A DNA stretch of 64,000 bases from Octopus bimaculoides (Eukaryota), in the NCBI RefSeq assembly GCF_001194135.2, contig NC_068984.1:32828055-32892054 (forward strand), in the 5' to 3' direction. The notes under the pieces are model-generated. The model saw only the letters and a list, made by a program, of their open reading frames with translations, did not search any database and was not told the origin of the DNA. Of the stretch, positions 52,105 through 64,000 are shown one piece after another (positions within the stretch are counted from its first letter, which is position 1; each line of letters begins with the position of its first letter). A program made the position numbers and the translations under genes.

Positions 52105-53900
52105 GTACAGCATGAATAGACTACAGAAACAAATTTGATAGTGTCCCATATAAATGGATACTCAGGAACTTTGAGATATATAAAATCTCCCCTGTCATCT
52201 CCAAATACTTATAAAATAGCATGGCCAAATGGAACAAACGCTTCCTTCTAAACCATAGTAATGAAATGAATAAATCCAACAGCATCAACATCAAATGAAG
52301 CATGGATCCCAAATGAATTGAGTTGCATTGGATATGAGTACACAATTCTGAACAAGATAAACCATCTTTTTCACAAGTACGATCTGAAGCTATTTTCAAA
52401 GAATGAAAAGAATCACAAAAAAAGTAGAGGGACAGCTAACAACTGATGACATCACGATGGATTTTGGCCTCCATGAGTGTGATGAGACAACATTTGTAAG
52501 AGGCAAGTTCAGACAAACAGCGTCCATTAAATTAGATACTGACACTGCTATCTCGGAGCATGACCCGCAAAAAAACTTACAAATACTCGGGAATAAACGA
52601 AGATGGCATAAGTCATGCCACTACGAAGGAAAATATCAGAAAGAAGTACTGTAGAAGAATAAGGCTTGTACTGAAAACTAAACTTAATTCTAAGAATCGC
52701 ATTGCGGCCTTTAACACCCCGGAAATTCCGGTCATGCACATGCACATAAAGGCAAGAAAATTACTGGCATCTTAAACTTAGTTTGACACTGAGCATCTGT
52801 ACCAACCTAGAAGTAGTGGAGGAAGAGGAATGATGCATTTAGAACTCTGCTCTACAACTTTGACTCTGCTATACAAATTTGACTATATGGATGAACGGGA
52901 ACTTATCTCATACAGAGGACCGGGTGCGGCGGCTTGTGTGCGAACATGAAAGCAGTAAAATGTCGCATTCTTTTTTCAAGGGAGCTTGTAAATTGGCAAG
53001 GGAACTTGACATAGACCTTCAGTGAGATGAGGAACTTGAAACCAGTGCTACTAAGCAAGCAAAACGCATCAAGCAGACTCTGAAAAAAAAAACCGATCAG
53101 AAACAAACTGAGCGGTAGAACCACAAGTCTCTACATGGAATCTATATTCCTTCAAATCAAAATGCTGATCAAACAACTTTTATCAGTGTCTAAGGAGTTC
53201 AAAATTACAAGTAGAGACAGAAAGCTTCATACTGGCGGCACAAGATCAAAGTGTGTTGACCAGAAATGGTACTGACTCAAAATATAAGTTCTGGAACACA
53301 TTTGATGAACCAGTAGAACAGTGGTTCTCAATCCTTTTAATATCTGCGCCAAATCCAAATCTTAGATCTTTTAGCGAGATGCACGAAAAAAGTAAAACAC
53401 AAACCGATTAAAGAAAAAGCCTACTATATTTATAGTGAAATGACCATTGGGACCACCGGAAGGATGCTTGAGGACCGTATGCGGCCCTGGTATATGTGGT
53501 GGAGAACTGTTGCAATAGACGATCATGCTTCTGGTTAATCTGTTCTCACAGCAGACGAATATAAAAATTGAGACGATAGGGTAGGACAATATTTACTTTG
53601 GAGAATATGTAAGTACTATCAAATCCACACTCCTCTTATTTGGCACGGGCACTATTTTGAACCTGTGGTTGAAGGTAAAATTGTTACAATCCTTTGGGAT
53701 TTTTCAGTCAACACTAACAGAACAATCCTGATTAATCGACCAGACATATTTACTAAAGGCGGGGGAAAAATACTTTTAGACTGATGGGTGCAAGAGCCCC
53801 TACTGATAAAAACGTATCTGAAAATACTGGCTAAGTTCGTCACGGTGATCAATATATTTATTCGAGGCAAGTATAGACCATCCTGAGATGAAGTAGTCAA
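52105..53900 (+). pseudogene. R4/Dong-clade non-LTR retrotransposon (RT and RLE) 3' portion, decayed
   Basis: DY..KFDSVPYKWI; KINHLF..DLKLF; MDFGL; YKYSGINE.DGI; RRIRLVLKTKLNSKNRI; GGRG; ETESFILAAQDQ; DRVGQYLLWRICKYY; VTILWDFSV.T.R....NRPDI. Confidence 0.9.
53319..53512. mobile_element. hAT (Charlie-like) MITE nested in the R4/Dong element
   Basis: Left TIR CAGTGGTTCTCAA, degenerate right TIR GGAGAACTGTTG, 8-bp TSD CAGTAGAA/CAATAGAC, internal GACCGTATGCGGCCC. The LINE frame resumes after it. Confidence 0.7.
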
Positions 53901-54029
53901 TTGTTTCTTTGGCTGTACTAAAAGAGCGGCAGGCAGGTTCAGTCCCGTTTTTATTTATGTATCTGTTATTGTTATTATTATCATATTATTATCGTAACTT
54001 CTGAGTTATCTATGTCACGTCTCAGCTTC

Positions 54030-54560
54030 ATCCCGCAGATTAGTCACATGGCACTTTTCTCAGCACATGTGCAGTTCCAATTGCTACTGTCAACTGAATA
54101 CTTTCTGTGAAGTTTGAGATTTGCAGCTTTCCATGCCAGAATGTAGCTGTCATTGAGATGGTTCCATGTGAACCAATCATTATAAAGCCTCCATTTTGAG
54201 GTTATATGGAGTCGTTTCACTGCCACCGCTTGTTCTTGGTAATAACATACTTTCTCGTCCTCTGTCTTAGAATATTCTGATCTGCAGGTAAAGCTACATC
54301 GAAGGTCCCTCCACTTGAGAATGATACATTATGTTGCAGCATGTCTGGTTTAAATTGACATATCCCATGCGAGTTTAACTCAATCATTCTCTGCTACTGG
54401 CAAAGATTAGAGCATATACCACTTGTTGGAACATTCTGCTCCAAATCTCCAGCACAACTTCCAGTCTATTCGCACTGCTACTTCATCACAGTGTTTTTTG
54501 TTGTCCTTTACGACCAGTTTTGAGCATCCAATAATTATGATTAACTGTCAAACAGTCTCA
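54030..54560 (-). pseudogene. Second R4/Dong 3' fragment, opposite orientation
   Basis: DWKLCWRFG...KWY; KLAWDM; DVALPAD.NI; IQLTVAIGTAHVLRKVP, matching the R4 C-terminal IQK..LLGTAHILRKVL pattern. Confidence 0.8.
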
Positions 54561-54719
54561 GATCATATTTCAGATAATCTACCCAACAGAAGTTGTAAAC
54601 AGAACGTAGAGACGGAAGTTATATCAACAATATTTTTTATATAAATAGATGTGAATGAATTGTCGATTAAATAGACCTGTTGTAAAAGGTGAAACACAAA
54701 GTTGTAAAGTAGAAACAAA

Positions 54720-54900
54720 AACTTAGCGTGGGTTAAATAGAACGTCCAGTATCCTGGAAGTGAGTGAACGATTCACTTCAGTAAGACTTGTGGCTATTTA
54801 GTGGTTCTGTCATTAAGATAGTTATAGCAAAATTGTGCTACATTAATTTCCACAAGCAGGACTGAAGTGTGGTACGGGTGTATAATAAACATTATTCTGA
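54720..54900 (+). pseudogene. Possible LINE (RTE-like) APE endonuclease fragment
   Basis: LEVSERFTSVRL...PQAGL is similar to S.RI..VRL...YAPQ.G. Confidence 0.3.
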
Positions 54901-55519
54901 TGATGTCTAGAAGCTAGTTTATAAGTAAATCTTACCAAAATGAAATACGATATAAAATATTTAATCCAAACTTCATTTATCTTCAGGAGAGGAACCTACT
55001 TAAGAATATTCGTATCATGGTTTTACTTACTATTAATATTCTCCCAACACATTTTTCTATATTTTCCCTGTAATCGAAAAATGAAAATTAAAAAAAAAAA
55101 GCGAATACAACTAAAAGGCACTGTTTGTCCTCGAAAGCTCTTGTTGCTGAAACTGATAAGTACTGATGTGTTATTAAACTCATTATGTGCATCTATGTAT
55201 GTGAGTAAATAGATAGAGGTTATTTACTTCTATTTGACCTTAGCTATTCTCTAGTGTATATACACAGTTTTCGTACATATTCACTAGGAATATATATTCA
55301 AAAAATATTTTTGTCATTAATATTACCCAGAATTTTTACGCAGCTCAAAACCTGAACAAATAGAAGAAGCGTTTAGCTCTGAACATATAAAAGGCTAAAA
55401 AGCAATCTTCTATTCATAGTGCTAAGTCACACTTTTACCACATAAGTGTTTCATGAAAACCTAAAATTATTGTAGCTCTGAAGCCTCTCTAAATAACCAT
55501 ACCTGATAAATCATCTGAT

Positions 55520-55550
<31 letters not shown>

Positions 55551-55651
55551 CGTAGGTATTGTAAGTTTAGAGGGAATACTTGATAAGTGTAAGCACCTGT
55601 ATATGCCAGATAGTGGAAGAGGTGTGAGAATATGTTTGATTTATTTATGTT

Positions 55652-55690
<39 letters not shown>

Positions 55691-55929
55691 TAAGCAGCCA
55701 GCGTCTGCATCTTTATTCCTTCGATCGACCAGCTAAAATAAACAGTCAAAACCTCACTTTTCTTTTTAGAGTAATTAAGTCATTCGCTTAGGGTTGGATG
55801 CAAGTTATATACTTGTGTGGAATGGCTGTGAACATAAACTTGGTTAAGTATGTAACCTTAGATTAAACAACAGTCGCAATGGCAGCCAAAAAGGCGTATT
55901 CCAGTTGCTTCCAGATATTTTCAAGAGAG

Positions 55930-56620
55930 ACATTTATTAATTTCAAAGAGGAGCACAAAACTCTAATCTTCTTCAATGTACGATCTCTGGTTTCAACGCA
56001 CTTAATTTAGTGCTTCAGCCAATTCGCGAAGGCTCCATGGAAGTCCTCCAAAATGAAGGTGTTCTAGATCCCTGTTACAACGTTTTTCGTCTTCTCCTTC
56101 AGTTTGAGGAACAACCAAATGTAAGAGAGTGAAATGTATGGATTATAGTGTGCGTAACGGACATACTTCGTGCTTGTCTCTGATAAGTATTTGTTTCATG
56201 AATAATTCTGCATAGAGTTGCCACGGCAACTCCAACTTAATCCGTGTTGTCTTTATAGATAAACGAAAGATTTCATCCAGAAAATTGCGAATTTTCTCAA
56301 CTAGCTCTGATATTTTCAACCAACCCTAATATTCTGAAATCCCTTTCACTCCTACACAGCATTGTCTCTCACTTGCTTTCTACCGTCAATGATTCCCTTG
56401 CACCAGCCGAAAACAGTTGCTCAGCTCATACAAGTTAATCCATTAGTGCTCTGGAGCATTACCTATGATGTGTAGCGTTTTGGTCCAGTTTAACAGAAAA
56501 CTTTATTGAATGGCGAACCTCCAAATTGTCTTCACCGACTGCATTGTACAAACGTCAGGTGTGAGAAGCAGTGTTTAGTAGCGTGTGCTTAAAATGCTGT
56601 TACAGTCGTTTTCGTCAATA
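55930..56620 (-). pseudogene. Internally deleted mariner remnant (third copy/family)
   Basis: N-terminal EVRHSIKFSVKLDQNAT; C-terminal WLFLKLKE...EDFHGAFANWLKH*.KCVET, matching mariner DF.LFPKLK...W..RW.KC. Confidence 0.65.
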
Positions 56621-56992
56621 TGGAATATCAAAAGTTGGCAATGATTTACTAAAATTACAATAATCTAGAACACTTATGACTGCTTCTCCCCAAAATGTCT
56701 CAAAATCTCTAGTATACACCTCGTATATCATGGTAACCGAAATCTTAACCTACTAGCACGGAAATATGAAATCTGTGTCATGTATTTAAAAAAGTTGAAG
56801 CTATTGTATAATCTTGAAACACATTACTCAAGCCAGCTGTTTAAAGACTATAAAAATATAATTTGAATGGAGAGCAGAAAGTTACAAATGGCTGAAAGAA
56901 TACAGTACGAATAAATTTCCACTCAATATATATACGTTTAATGACATTGAAATAGTGAACCAGTAATTTTATATCCAGCTGGTATCTTATCA

Positions 56993-57173
56993 TTAATTGA
57001 TTTGTAACATTGTTAATAGTCCGTAATAACTGCGGGAGAGTGACATCGATATAATCGACTCTTTTACCAGACTGGTGTCTTATTTAATAGAGTCCTGAAG
57101 AATAAAACGTAAATTTGATCTCAGCGAAATTTTAAAGCTGATGCAATAAGCCCATTATACTATAAACTACCAG
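56993..57173 (-). repeat. 181-bp direct repeat copy 1 (decayed SINE family A)
   Basis: About 10 mismatches against 58250-58430 by eye. Confidence 0.9.
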
Positions 57174-57952
57174 GCATTTTGTGCATTACTTAAATGTCGT
57201 GCAACACTTGAATTTCTATTCAATGCTGAAGTAACGTTAGAATAAGGTTTATAGTTACAAAAAAAATATCAACAGGTGCTTCAATAGTTAGTTATATGTG
57301 AACTTTAAATGAAAACCTAAGCGTTAACAAGAAATGTTTCCTATCATAGGACTAAAAACTTCTTAAAATTTCTTGAATTAAAGATTTTAAGATTTATCTC
57401 TGTATAGAGCTAAGGTATCACCTTTTCATTAGATATAGGAAATCATTTTTTCTTGCGTAACTTATTACAACCAACACTGATGCAGACATACACACTTACA
57501 CACATAGATACTTTCTATTTCGCTCTCTGCCTCTCTCTTTCTGTGAAATACATGAGAAATTTCGATGTTTACTCTTTTTTCGAAGCGGTTTCTTTCATAC
57601 TATTACATCCTGATGCTATTTGATTGTCTAAAGAGTGAAGGCAAATGAATAATATCAGAAATATTAAAGCATCAGAAGTTTGGGAATAGAACTTGATATA
57701 CTCTCGTCCTAAAGTTATACGTAATCAGATTTTCACTTATTTAAATCCTACATTAATTAGCGAAATGTATATAAATTCATTCAGATGCTTAGTACTAACA
57801 ATAAGTCATTCTTCCATTTTAACAAAGTGCTTAACCTAAATCTGAAGGCGAAGTTTTCTTTCCTTCTAGAAATACTACTAAAACAATTTAGGTATGATAT
57901 CTAAACTGATGTGACTCACTTGGGTAAACAAAGTGTGCAAAACTTTTCATTA

Positions 57953-58207
57953 AAGACGGAAACTGAAAGAAGCACATCGTATATGTGTGAAGTGTGTCTT
58001 TGTGTCAGTGTTTATCACCCACCATCGCTTGACAACCGATGTAGTGTGATTACGTCCCCGTAACTTTGCGGTTCGGCATAAGAGACCGATAGAATAAGTA
58101 CTAGGTTTACAAAGACTAAATCCTGGCATCAATTTCTTCGAATAAAAGATGATGCTCCTGCATGGCTGCAATCTAACGACTGAAACAAATAAAAGAATAG
58201 AAGAATA
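57953..58207 (+). mobile_element. SINE family B 3' part
   Basis: GACGGAAACTGAAAGAAGC...CCATCGCTTGACAACCGATG...GAGACCGATAGAATAAGTACTAGG...GACTGAAACAAATAAAAGAATA. Confidence 0.88.
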
Positions 58208-58249
58208 GTATTTCGTAATTAACGAAAGTAACGTAAATCCTAATACATT

Positions 58250-58430
58250 TTAATTGATTTCTAACATTGCTAATAGTCCGTAATAACTGCAGGAGAGTGA
58301 CGTCGATATAATCGACTCTTTTACCAGACTGTTGTCTTATTTAATAGAGTCCTGAAGAATAAAACGTAAATTTGATCTCAGCGAAATGTTTAAGCCGAGG
58401 CAATAAGCCCGTTATACTATAAACTACCAG
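58250..58430 (-). repeat. 181-bp direct repeat copy 2 (decayed SINE family A)
   Basis: Shares the same diagnostic departures from the family core as copy 1. Confidence 0.9.
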
Positions 58431-58579
58431 AGTAGTGTATAGTATAGATAGACTATCGTGCTTAAAATGCAGAACGATTATAAAACAGCGAAATGTATCC
58501 CAGATAAATGTGCAATTCCGTTCTAAATGTGCAATCAATAATGTGGGTCTTACCTAAGATTTGAAAAGTGTTAGTATTT

Positions 58580-58626
58580 GTAGAAAGTTCGAAGTAGAAA
58601 GTTTGTAGAAAGTTTGTAGAAAGTTC
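58580..58626. repeat. Short tandem repeat (GTAGAAAGTT[T/C])x4
   Basis: Read directly. Confidence 0.85.
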
Positions 58627-58795
58627 CAATAAAGAATCAGCACGAGATATTTTCGAATGAACTATCCTGCAGTTATTGCATAATTGTCATGTAGGTCACT
58701 AGTTAGCATGTCGATGGCAGTCGTGTGTGCGTTTGATTGTGTTTAGGTGAATATATTAGAAAGAACACAAACATCCACATACAAACATACATACT

Positions 58796-58831
<36 letters not shown>

Positions 58832-61800
58832 CATACAAAATTAGTAAAAACAGCAGGTTGAAATGTTTCACCAAAAAGGAAAATTATAATTATCACTAAG
58901 TGTGACTAGGGTGTTGAAAAGCACTTCCTTTGCTATCTGTGTGTATGTGTTCGGGTTTTCATACAGATCTGAACACACGCACATATACATCACTGATTGA
59001 CATGTATGGAGTCACCCGTATACAAACTCCATCCTCTATCTATCAGATGAAATACCTTCTCTTTCCATATTTTTAGAAGTTAGTCCAGTGATTTTTGTTT
59101 CCATGTTGACGGGTCACATTTACAGGTATTCATGCACTTTCAACTCACTCAAATGTCGGTCACTCGACACACATTTTCTCTTCAACATCTACAATAGCTG
59201 CAACGCACATCATTCCCTTACAAAAGCGTTGAAATATGAAATTCATTTCATGTGCATGTTATCTCATCTGTTAACGCAGCTGTTAACAATATTAATTTCA
59301 TCAGTTTCGGCGGGCTTACAAAATTGATGGGCATAGCTCCCTACTTCAGACCAAACTAGTAATGTATGTGGATATATCTCTACGCACATGCAAACTAATA
59401 TTTTTCAAAATGTTGGATAACTGCTGTCACGTTGTGCTTACAGATATAGCGAAAATTACATTAAAATTGGGCTATGAAGAGCAGATGCTTAGTAACAAAG
59501 CTGTCACTCGTTAATATGCTAATTTATATGAATGGTATGTGTTTATGTCAATACAATTGAGTTCTATATTTAATATTTTATACAACATGAGCTCTTTACA
59601 CTCTTCCTTAATGAGCAGTGATAGTGAGGACGTGTATCGTTCATAGCTGATATTCGGTGAAGAATAGCGGCAAAAATTGCCTATCATGATTTCTGTAAAT
59701 AACTTTATGAAGGTTCTGACTCCACAAAGTACGCTGCTGACTTGTTAACACCAAAGAGATATTGAGAATTGAAATACTAAAAGCAGCCTACAAGACTGCA
59801 CCATCCTGATAAATATTATTGATTTTAGCCGTTTAAAGTTACTTTAAGCTGACTTGCTACCAATTATCATGGCAACTAGGAATACTTGAAATGTAAACTG
59901 ATGGGAACAAAAATAAATAATATCAATGAAAACACAGTTCGAAAGTTTGCTTAGTAATGGCTGAACTCCATTAGGAAAAAAAATATACTCGTTAGATATT
60001 GAATGGTTTAGTTTATTGAATAGTTTACTAATTACGCTAGGGTTGAGAGCAGTGCCTAATCTTAAGAAAGTAAGAACTGTTCCTTATGAACGGGAGCCGC
60101 ATAATAAACGTTAGGCTGTTAGCTAACCTAATTTAATACGCTCTTTCAATCTTTATTTTTAAACAAAGAATATACTTCTAAAAATACATTTTTTTTCTTT
60201 TCCTAAAAAAAAAACAACAAAAAGCAAAAACAAGGAACCAATTCGTCTACATAATCTAAGCAATGTGTATTCAATATTTAGTTCTGCGCATATCACTTCG
60301 TTTACACCACTAATGACGAGGAGAGATGAGTGACTACCACAAAATGTCCAATTTTGTAGAAACCTGTGGCTTAGTGACTGTTATGAAATAAATATACTTT
60401 TTAATACATCCCGAGGTGTTTTTCCTTTTCTTTATATATGCCTCGATCTCTTCCATTCCTCCAGAGATTACTTTTACTTTAAATCAGATTCTATTTTATC
60501 TAAAATATTTATAACAACATCCTGTGGCTAGATTTAACAACTTCCCTTTTCTTATCTCTAAAATAATTCTTGTATATTTTCAAGATCGTATGACTTAGTT
60601 TTAATCTTCTTATATATTATTTCGTGCTAGAATACTGACATACTATATCTTTCCATATAATCAGTGATATTTCTGCTCTAAATTTTTAGATCTCGCTGAT
60701 TTTAATTTATTGTTGAAGTAGGATAGATATAACCTTTTCTTTTAAAACAGTGAACAACTTTACAGCATTGGTTTATCATTTAATCATTTGACAATTCACA
60801 TAGTAAATAAAGACAATGCATAGTTTTCAACTTCTCTTTTATCATTAGCCCTTTATTTAACACCTAAACTTTTGTTGCATCTTTCAAATCTAATTTTGCC
60901 CATTATTATAAAAATTGGACTCAAAATGTTATGAGATATCATAATTAACATTCGTTTATTTACAGAAATATTCTAAGTCTCGCAAAAGCGAGAGAAATTC
61001 GTAAACAATAATGAAATGTTGAGTTCATCAGATTTTAAAAGCTGCATGAAAACTCTGAAGTATATAGATGAAGTTTCGAGAGAATAGTTTGAGAATTATC
61101 CATCTCTGTAGGGAATTATGGACAGTGTAAAGTCAAGTTACGTTTAATTGTGGGTATATAAATGTGTAAACTTGAGTACACACACGTGTATATATATTTA
61201 TCTATTTCTTATATTAAACAATGTATATAACATACCAAATATTGAGTTCATTCGAAACGAAGCACCATCGATGTCACAAAAAGGACAGCTGATCTAATGC
61301 CAAGCCGACATGACCTACAACAAATTTATATCTTTATATCAATGCTTGCATGTATGTATACATACACACGTGTGTGTGTGTGTCGTGTGTGTGTGCGTGT
61401 GTGCGTGCGCGCACCTTGTGGATGTGTTGAAATCAGATGAATAAAAGCCTAATTTAAAAGACAGTGGAACATTTCAAAAGAGTGTATATTATGTATTCAT
61501 TTATTCATCTCTGAAATTTGACAATCAACACTCCTGGCGTAAATGCCTTGAAATATACGTATACACATACAATATTAATCATTCTGTCATCCATCTCTTT
61601 CAATAATGCGCTATATAATTTATAAAATGCTTTTGTATGTAAAGATTTCTTCCTTACAATAATTCCTCAATTAAACATTGACTTAATAATCTACCATAAA
61701 TTGTCAATAGAGTTCCACTCTGTTGAATCTCTAGGCCAAGCCAGTGTTTCGATTTTGGTCTTAGAAAAATGCTTTGACTTACTTGGCAGAAGAATCGGAA

Positions 61801-62234
61801 GAATAATTATGTTGGTATAGTGCCAATTTGGGAAACAAAGTGTATAAACGATTACTTATTTTGTAAAACTGTATCTGTATCGCATAAAAGGCGTGGTTCA
61901 AAATTATGACTGGTGAAATTGTCTCTGTAGATTTCGTTTGATTTTATAAGACAATTCTAATTGCCACCAGAGAAGGGCGCAGTATTGATTTATTATAGAG
62001 TACAACACAGAGAAAGAAGGCGAATTAACTGGTGGGAAGGAGGAAAGTATCACTCGAATGGGTGGAGTTTGCGGAACAGAGCGATAGCCGTTAAATGCAA
62101 CTGAGGTGCCAGGTGACGGCCCTAAACTGTGCATCAGATTATGTCTAGATACCAAGTGTGTCAAGATAGCATTCAAAACTTGAAGAGCACGAACAAATAA
62201 CTCCAGATTTGCAGTCTGATGCACTTAATGTTCT

Positions 62235-62320
62235 AGTACACCACTACTCAAGTTTAGTACTTTTTTTAATCTTCCCGAAAGGATGAAATGCAAAGCTGAC
62301 CTCAGCGGAATTTGTGCTGA
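62235..62320 (-). mobile_element. SINE family A fragment
   Basis: CCCGAAAGGATGAAATGCAAAGCTGACCTCAGCGGAATTTG is the reverse complement of the core. Confidence 0.75.
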
Positions 62321-62739
62321 GACAGCAAACATGCAGAACAAATATACACTCTTAACAACTGTTATAAGTGTAATAGTATATTATACTTTTGAGAGACTAT
62401 GATCATACGTTCAAGAGCCATATCTATAGAATCACGTTTTCTAAAAAAAAACCAATCGAATTTCTAATTGTAAATATTAACAGCCTTTAAACGTCATTCA
62501 TCATTTATATGCCAATTTGAAAAGATCGGATTTGGTGAAATTTTGCAGACACTTCTGTTGATTTTATTGAAAATTTCCAAACAACGGATAGACGGATTTA
62601 GCTTATTTCCCATATAGCAGATTTTCTAAGCTAAAAAGTAGACATGCAATGAAGAAAAAAGAAACATTCAATTGTTTATCATCACTTAAACGTCAGTAAT
62701 AATAGCTGTTAGTTTATTTCGTTGCATTTTGTACATATG

Positions 62740-62950
62740 CTTTATCTTTTACTTGTTTCAGTCATTTCAATGTGGCTATGGTGGGGCACTACCTTGAAGG
62801 GATTTAGTCGAACAAATTGATCCCAGAACTTACGCTTTTTAAAGCCTAGTATTCATTTTATCGGTCTTCTTTTTTTGTCAAACAGCTAGATTATAGGGTC
62901 GTAAACACACCAACACTGGTTTTCAAGCGGTAGTGAGGACAAACACGGAC
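62740..62950 (-). mobile_element. SINE family B 3' part
   Basis: TCTTTTACTTGTTTCAGTCATT...TTTAGTCGAACAAATTGATCCCAG...GTAAACACACCAACACTGGTT. Confidence 0.85.
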
Positions 62951-63014
62951 AAAAAGACATTCAAACGTTGATATTTACACACACACATGCATAGATATTT
63001 ACTCACACACACAC

Positions 63015-63271
63015 ATATCGTTGCTATTATATTAAACTGTCATATGTCCAAATTTGGTTAAATGTATTTTTTTTCAGTATTTATTTTTGCTTGCAATAGC
63101 CAGTTCATTTGGTCAAACTATCGTATCTCCAGCTGATTCAGATGCCAAGTTATCAAAAATTGTCCAAGTGTAGTACAATGGTTTTGCTGGAGAAAAGTAA
63201 AACTATTTTTTCGATTTCTGAAAAATGCAACATTTTGGACTTAAAAAACTTTTGCATTATAGCAACGATAT
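63015..63271. mobile_element. MITE with ~40-bp imperfect TIRs
   Basis: Left ATATCGTTGCTATTAT...GTCCAAA; right reverse complement ATATCGTTGCTATAAT...GTCCAAA, with identical spacing. TA-rich flanks. Confidence 0.7.
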
Positions 63272-63537
63272 ATATATATATAAATCCCAGAAAGTTAGGG
63301 GTTGTGAATTCAACCCACTAAAGGATAATATCTATCCGATATACACCGGGAAGAATACCCAATTATTATTACGCTAATGTTGTTTGTTTTCATTGCATTA
63401 CTAAGTACAATAAACGGGTGCGGGTAAAAAGATATTTTATCAGTAATTTATATAGCAATAAGAAAATAGAGAGGAATAGGTAATATTCATCACATTGCAG
63501 ACACTGTATTGGGTCAATTTACTTGTTTATTTGTTTA

Positions 63538-63701
63538 CTAAAAGGACATTAAAAACAATATACAAACACCTGTGACATATTATGTCATATCAGTAATTAA
63601 AAAATAACATATAGTGACCTGTCACTATATATCATTTTTTAATTACTGATATGACATAATATGTCACATGTGTTTGTATATTGTTATTATTGTCCTTTTA
63701 G
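63538..63701. repeat. Near-perfect palindrome (81-bp arms, 2-nt loop)
   Basis: The arms are reverse complements with 5 mismatches and no indels; the centre is GTGAC-CT-GTCAC. Confidence 0.95.
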
Positions 63702-63720
63702 AAAATAANNNNNNNNNNAT

Positions 63721-63860
63721 TGACGGGTTCCTTTCAGTTTCCCTCTACCAAATCCTCTGAAAACGCTTTGGTCAGACCAAGGCTATAGTAAAATGACACT
63801 TGCCTCAGGTAACACGCACTGGGACTGAACCCAGAGCCATGTGTTTGGAAAGCAGGCTAT
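63721..63860 (-). mobile_element. SINE family B 5' part
   Basis: CTTTCAGTTTCCCTCTACCAAATCC...GGCTATAGTAAAATGACACTTGCC...GGGACTGAACCC. Confidence 0.85.
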
Positions 63861-64000
63861 TTTATTTCATAAACTGGCTATGGAAGCCGTACATAGATGT
63901 GACAAAGCCAGACAGGCATAGAGGGTGAAGAATGAAACAGTTTTGGATGATAAAATATGTCATGCTCTTAAAAATTATAGCTTTTCTTTCCTTTTACAAC

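Noticed and set aside
56215-56232. 8-bp hairpin GAGTTGCC-AC-GGCAACTC
   Set aside because: Short and isolated; it lies at the deletion point of a mariner remnant and has no evident function.
61904-62224. 106-aa minus-strand ORF in unique sequence
   Set aside because: No recognisable motif or splice support; this length can occur by chance.

Overview
AT-rich, repeat-dense eukaryotic genomic DNA from a short-read scaffold (15 N-gaps, about 3.5 kb in total, most bordered by microsatellites). The tRNA-derived SINE families and LINE/Penelope remnants point to a coleoid cephalopod, probably Octopus (inference). I find no intact, recognisable protein-coding gene, no rRNA, no convincing functional tRNA and no CRISPR array. 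Most entries in the ORF track are artefacts of N-gaps and simple repeats. The window is mostly decayed transposons: three mariner elements (one full length with TIRs and TA flanks), several Penelope-like (PLE) remnants of different types, R4/Dong, Tx1/L1 and RTE LINE fragments, a non-autonomous Helitron with both ends, hAT-type and other MITEs, three or more SINE families and many microsatellites. The most interesting signals are (i) hammerhead-ribozyme motifs, one nearly intact at 38747-38818, mostly at PLE-type termini, (ii) a PLE 3' end fused to a tRNA-like Pol III head, present twice, (iii) a Naiad/Chlamys-like PLE reverse transcriptase, (iv) a 164-bp nested palindrome, and (v) a few weak candidate exons of an unidentified host gene. 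All protein-family calls come from motifs recognised by eye in hand translations; no database search was run.
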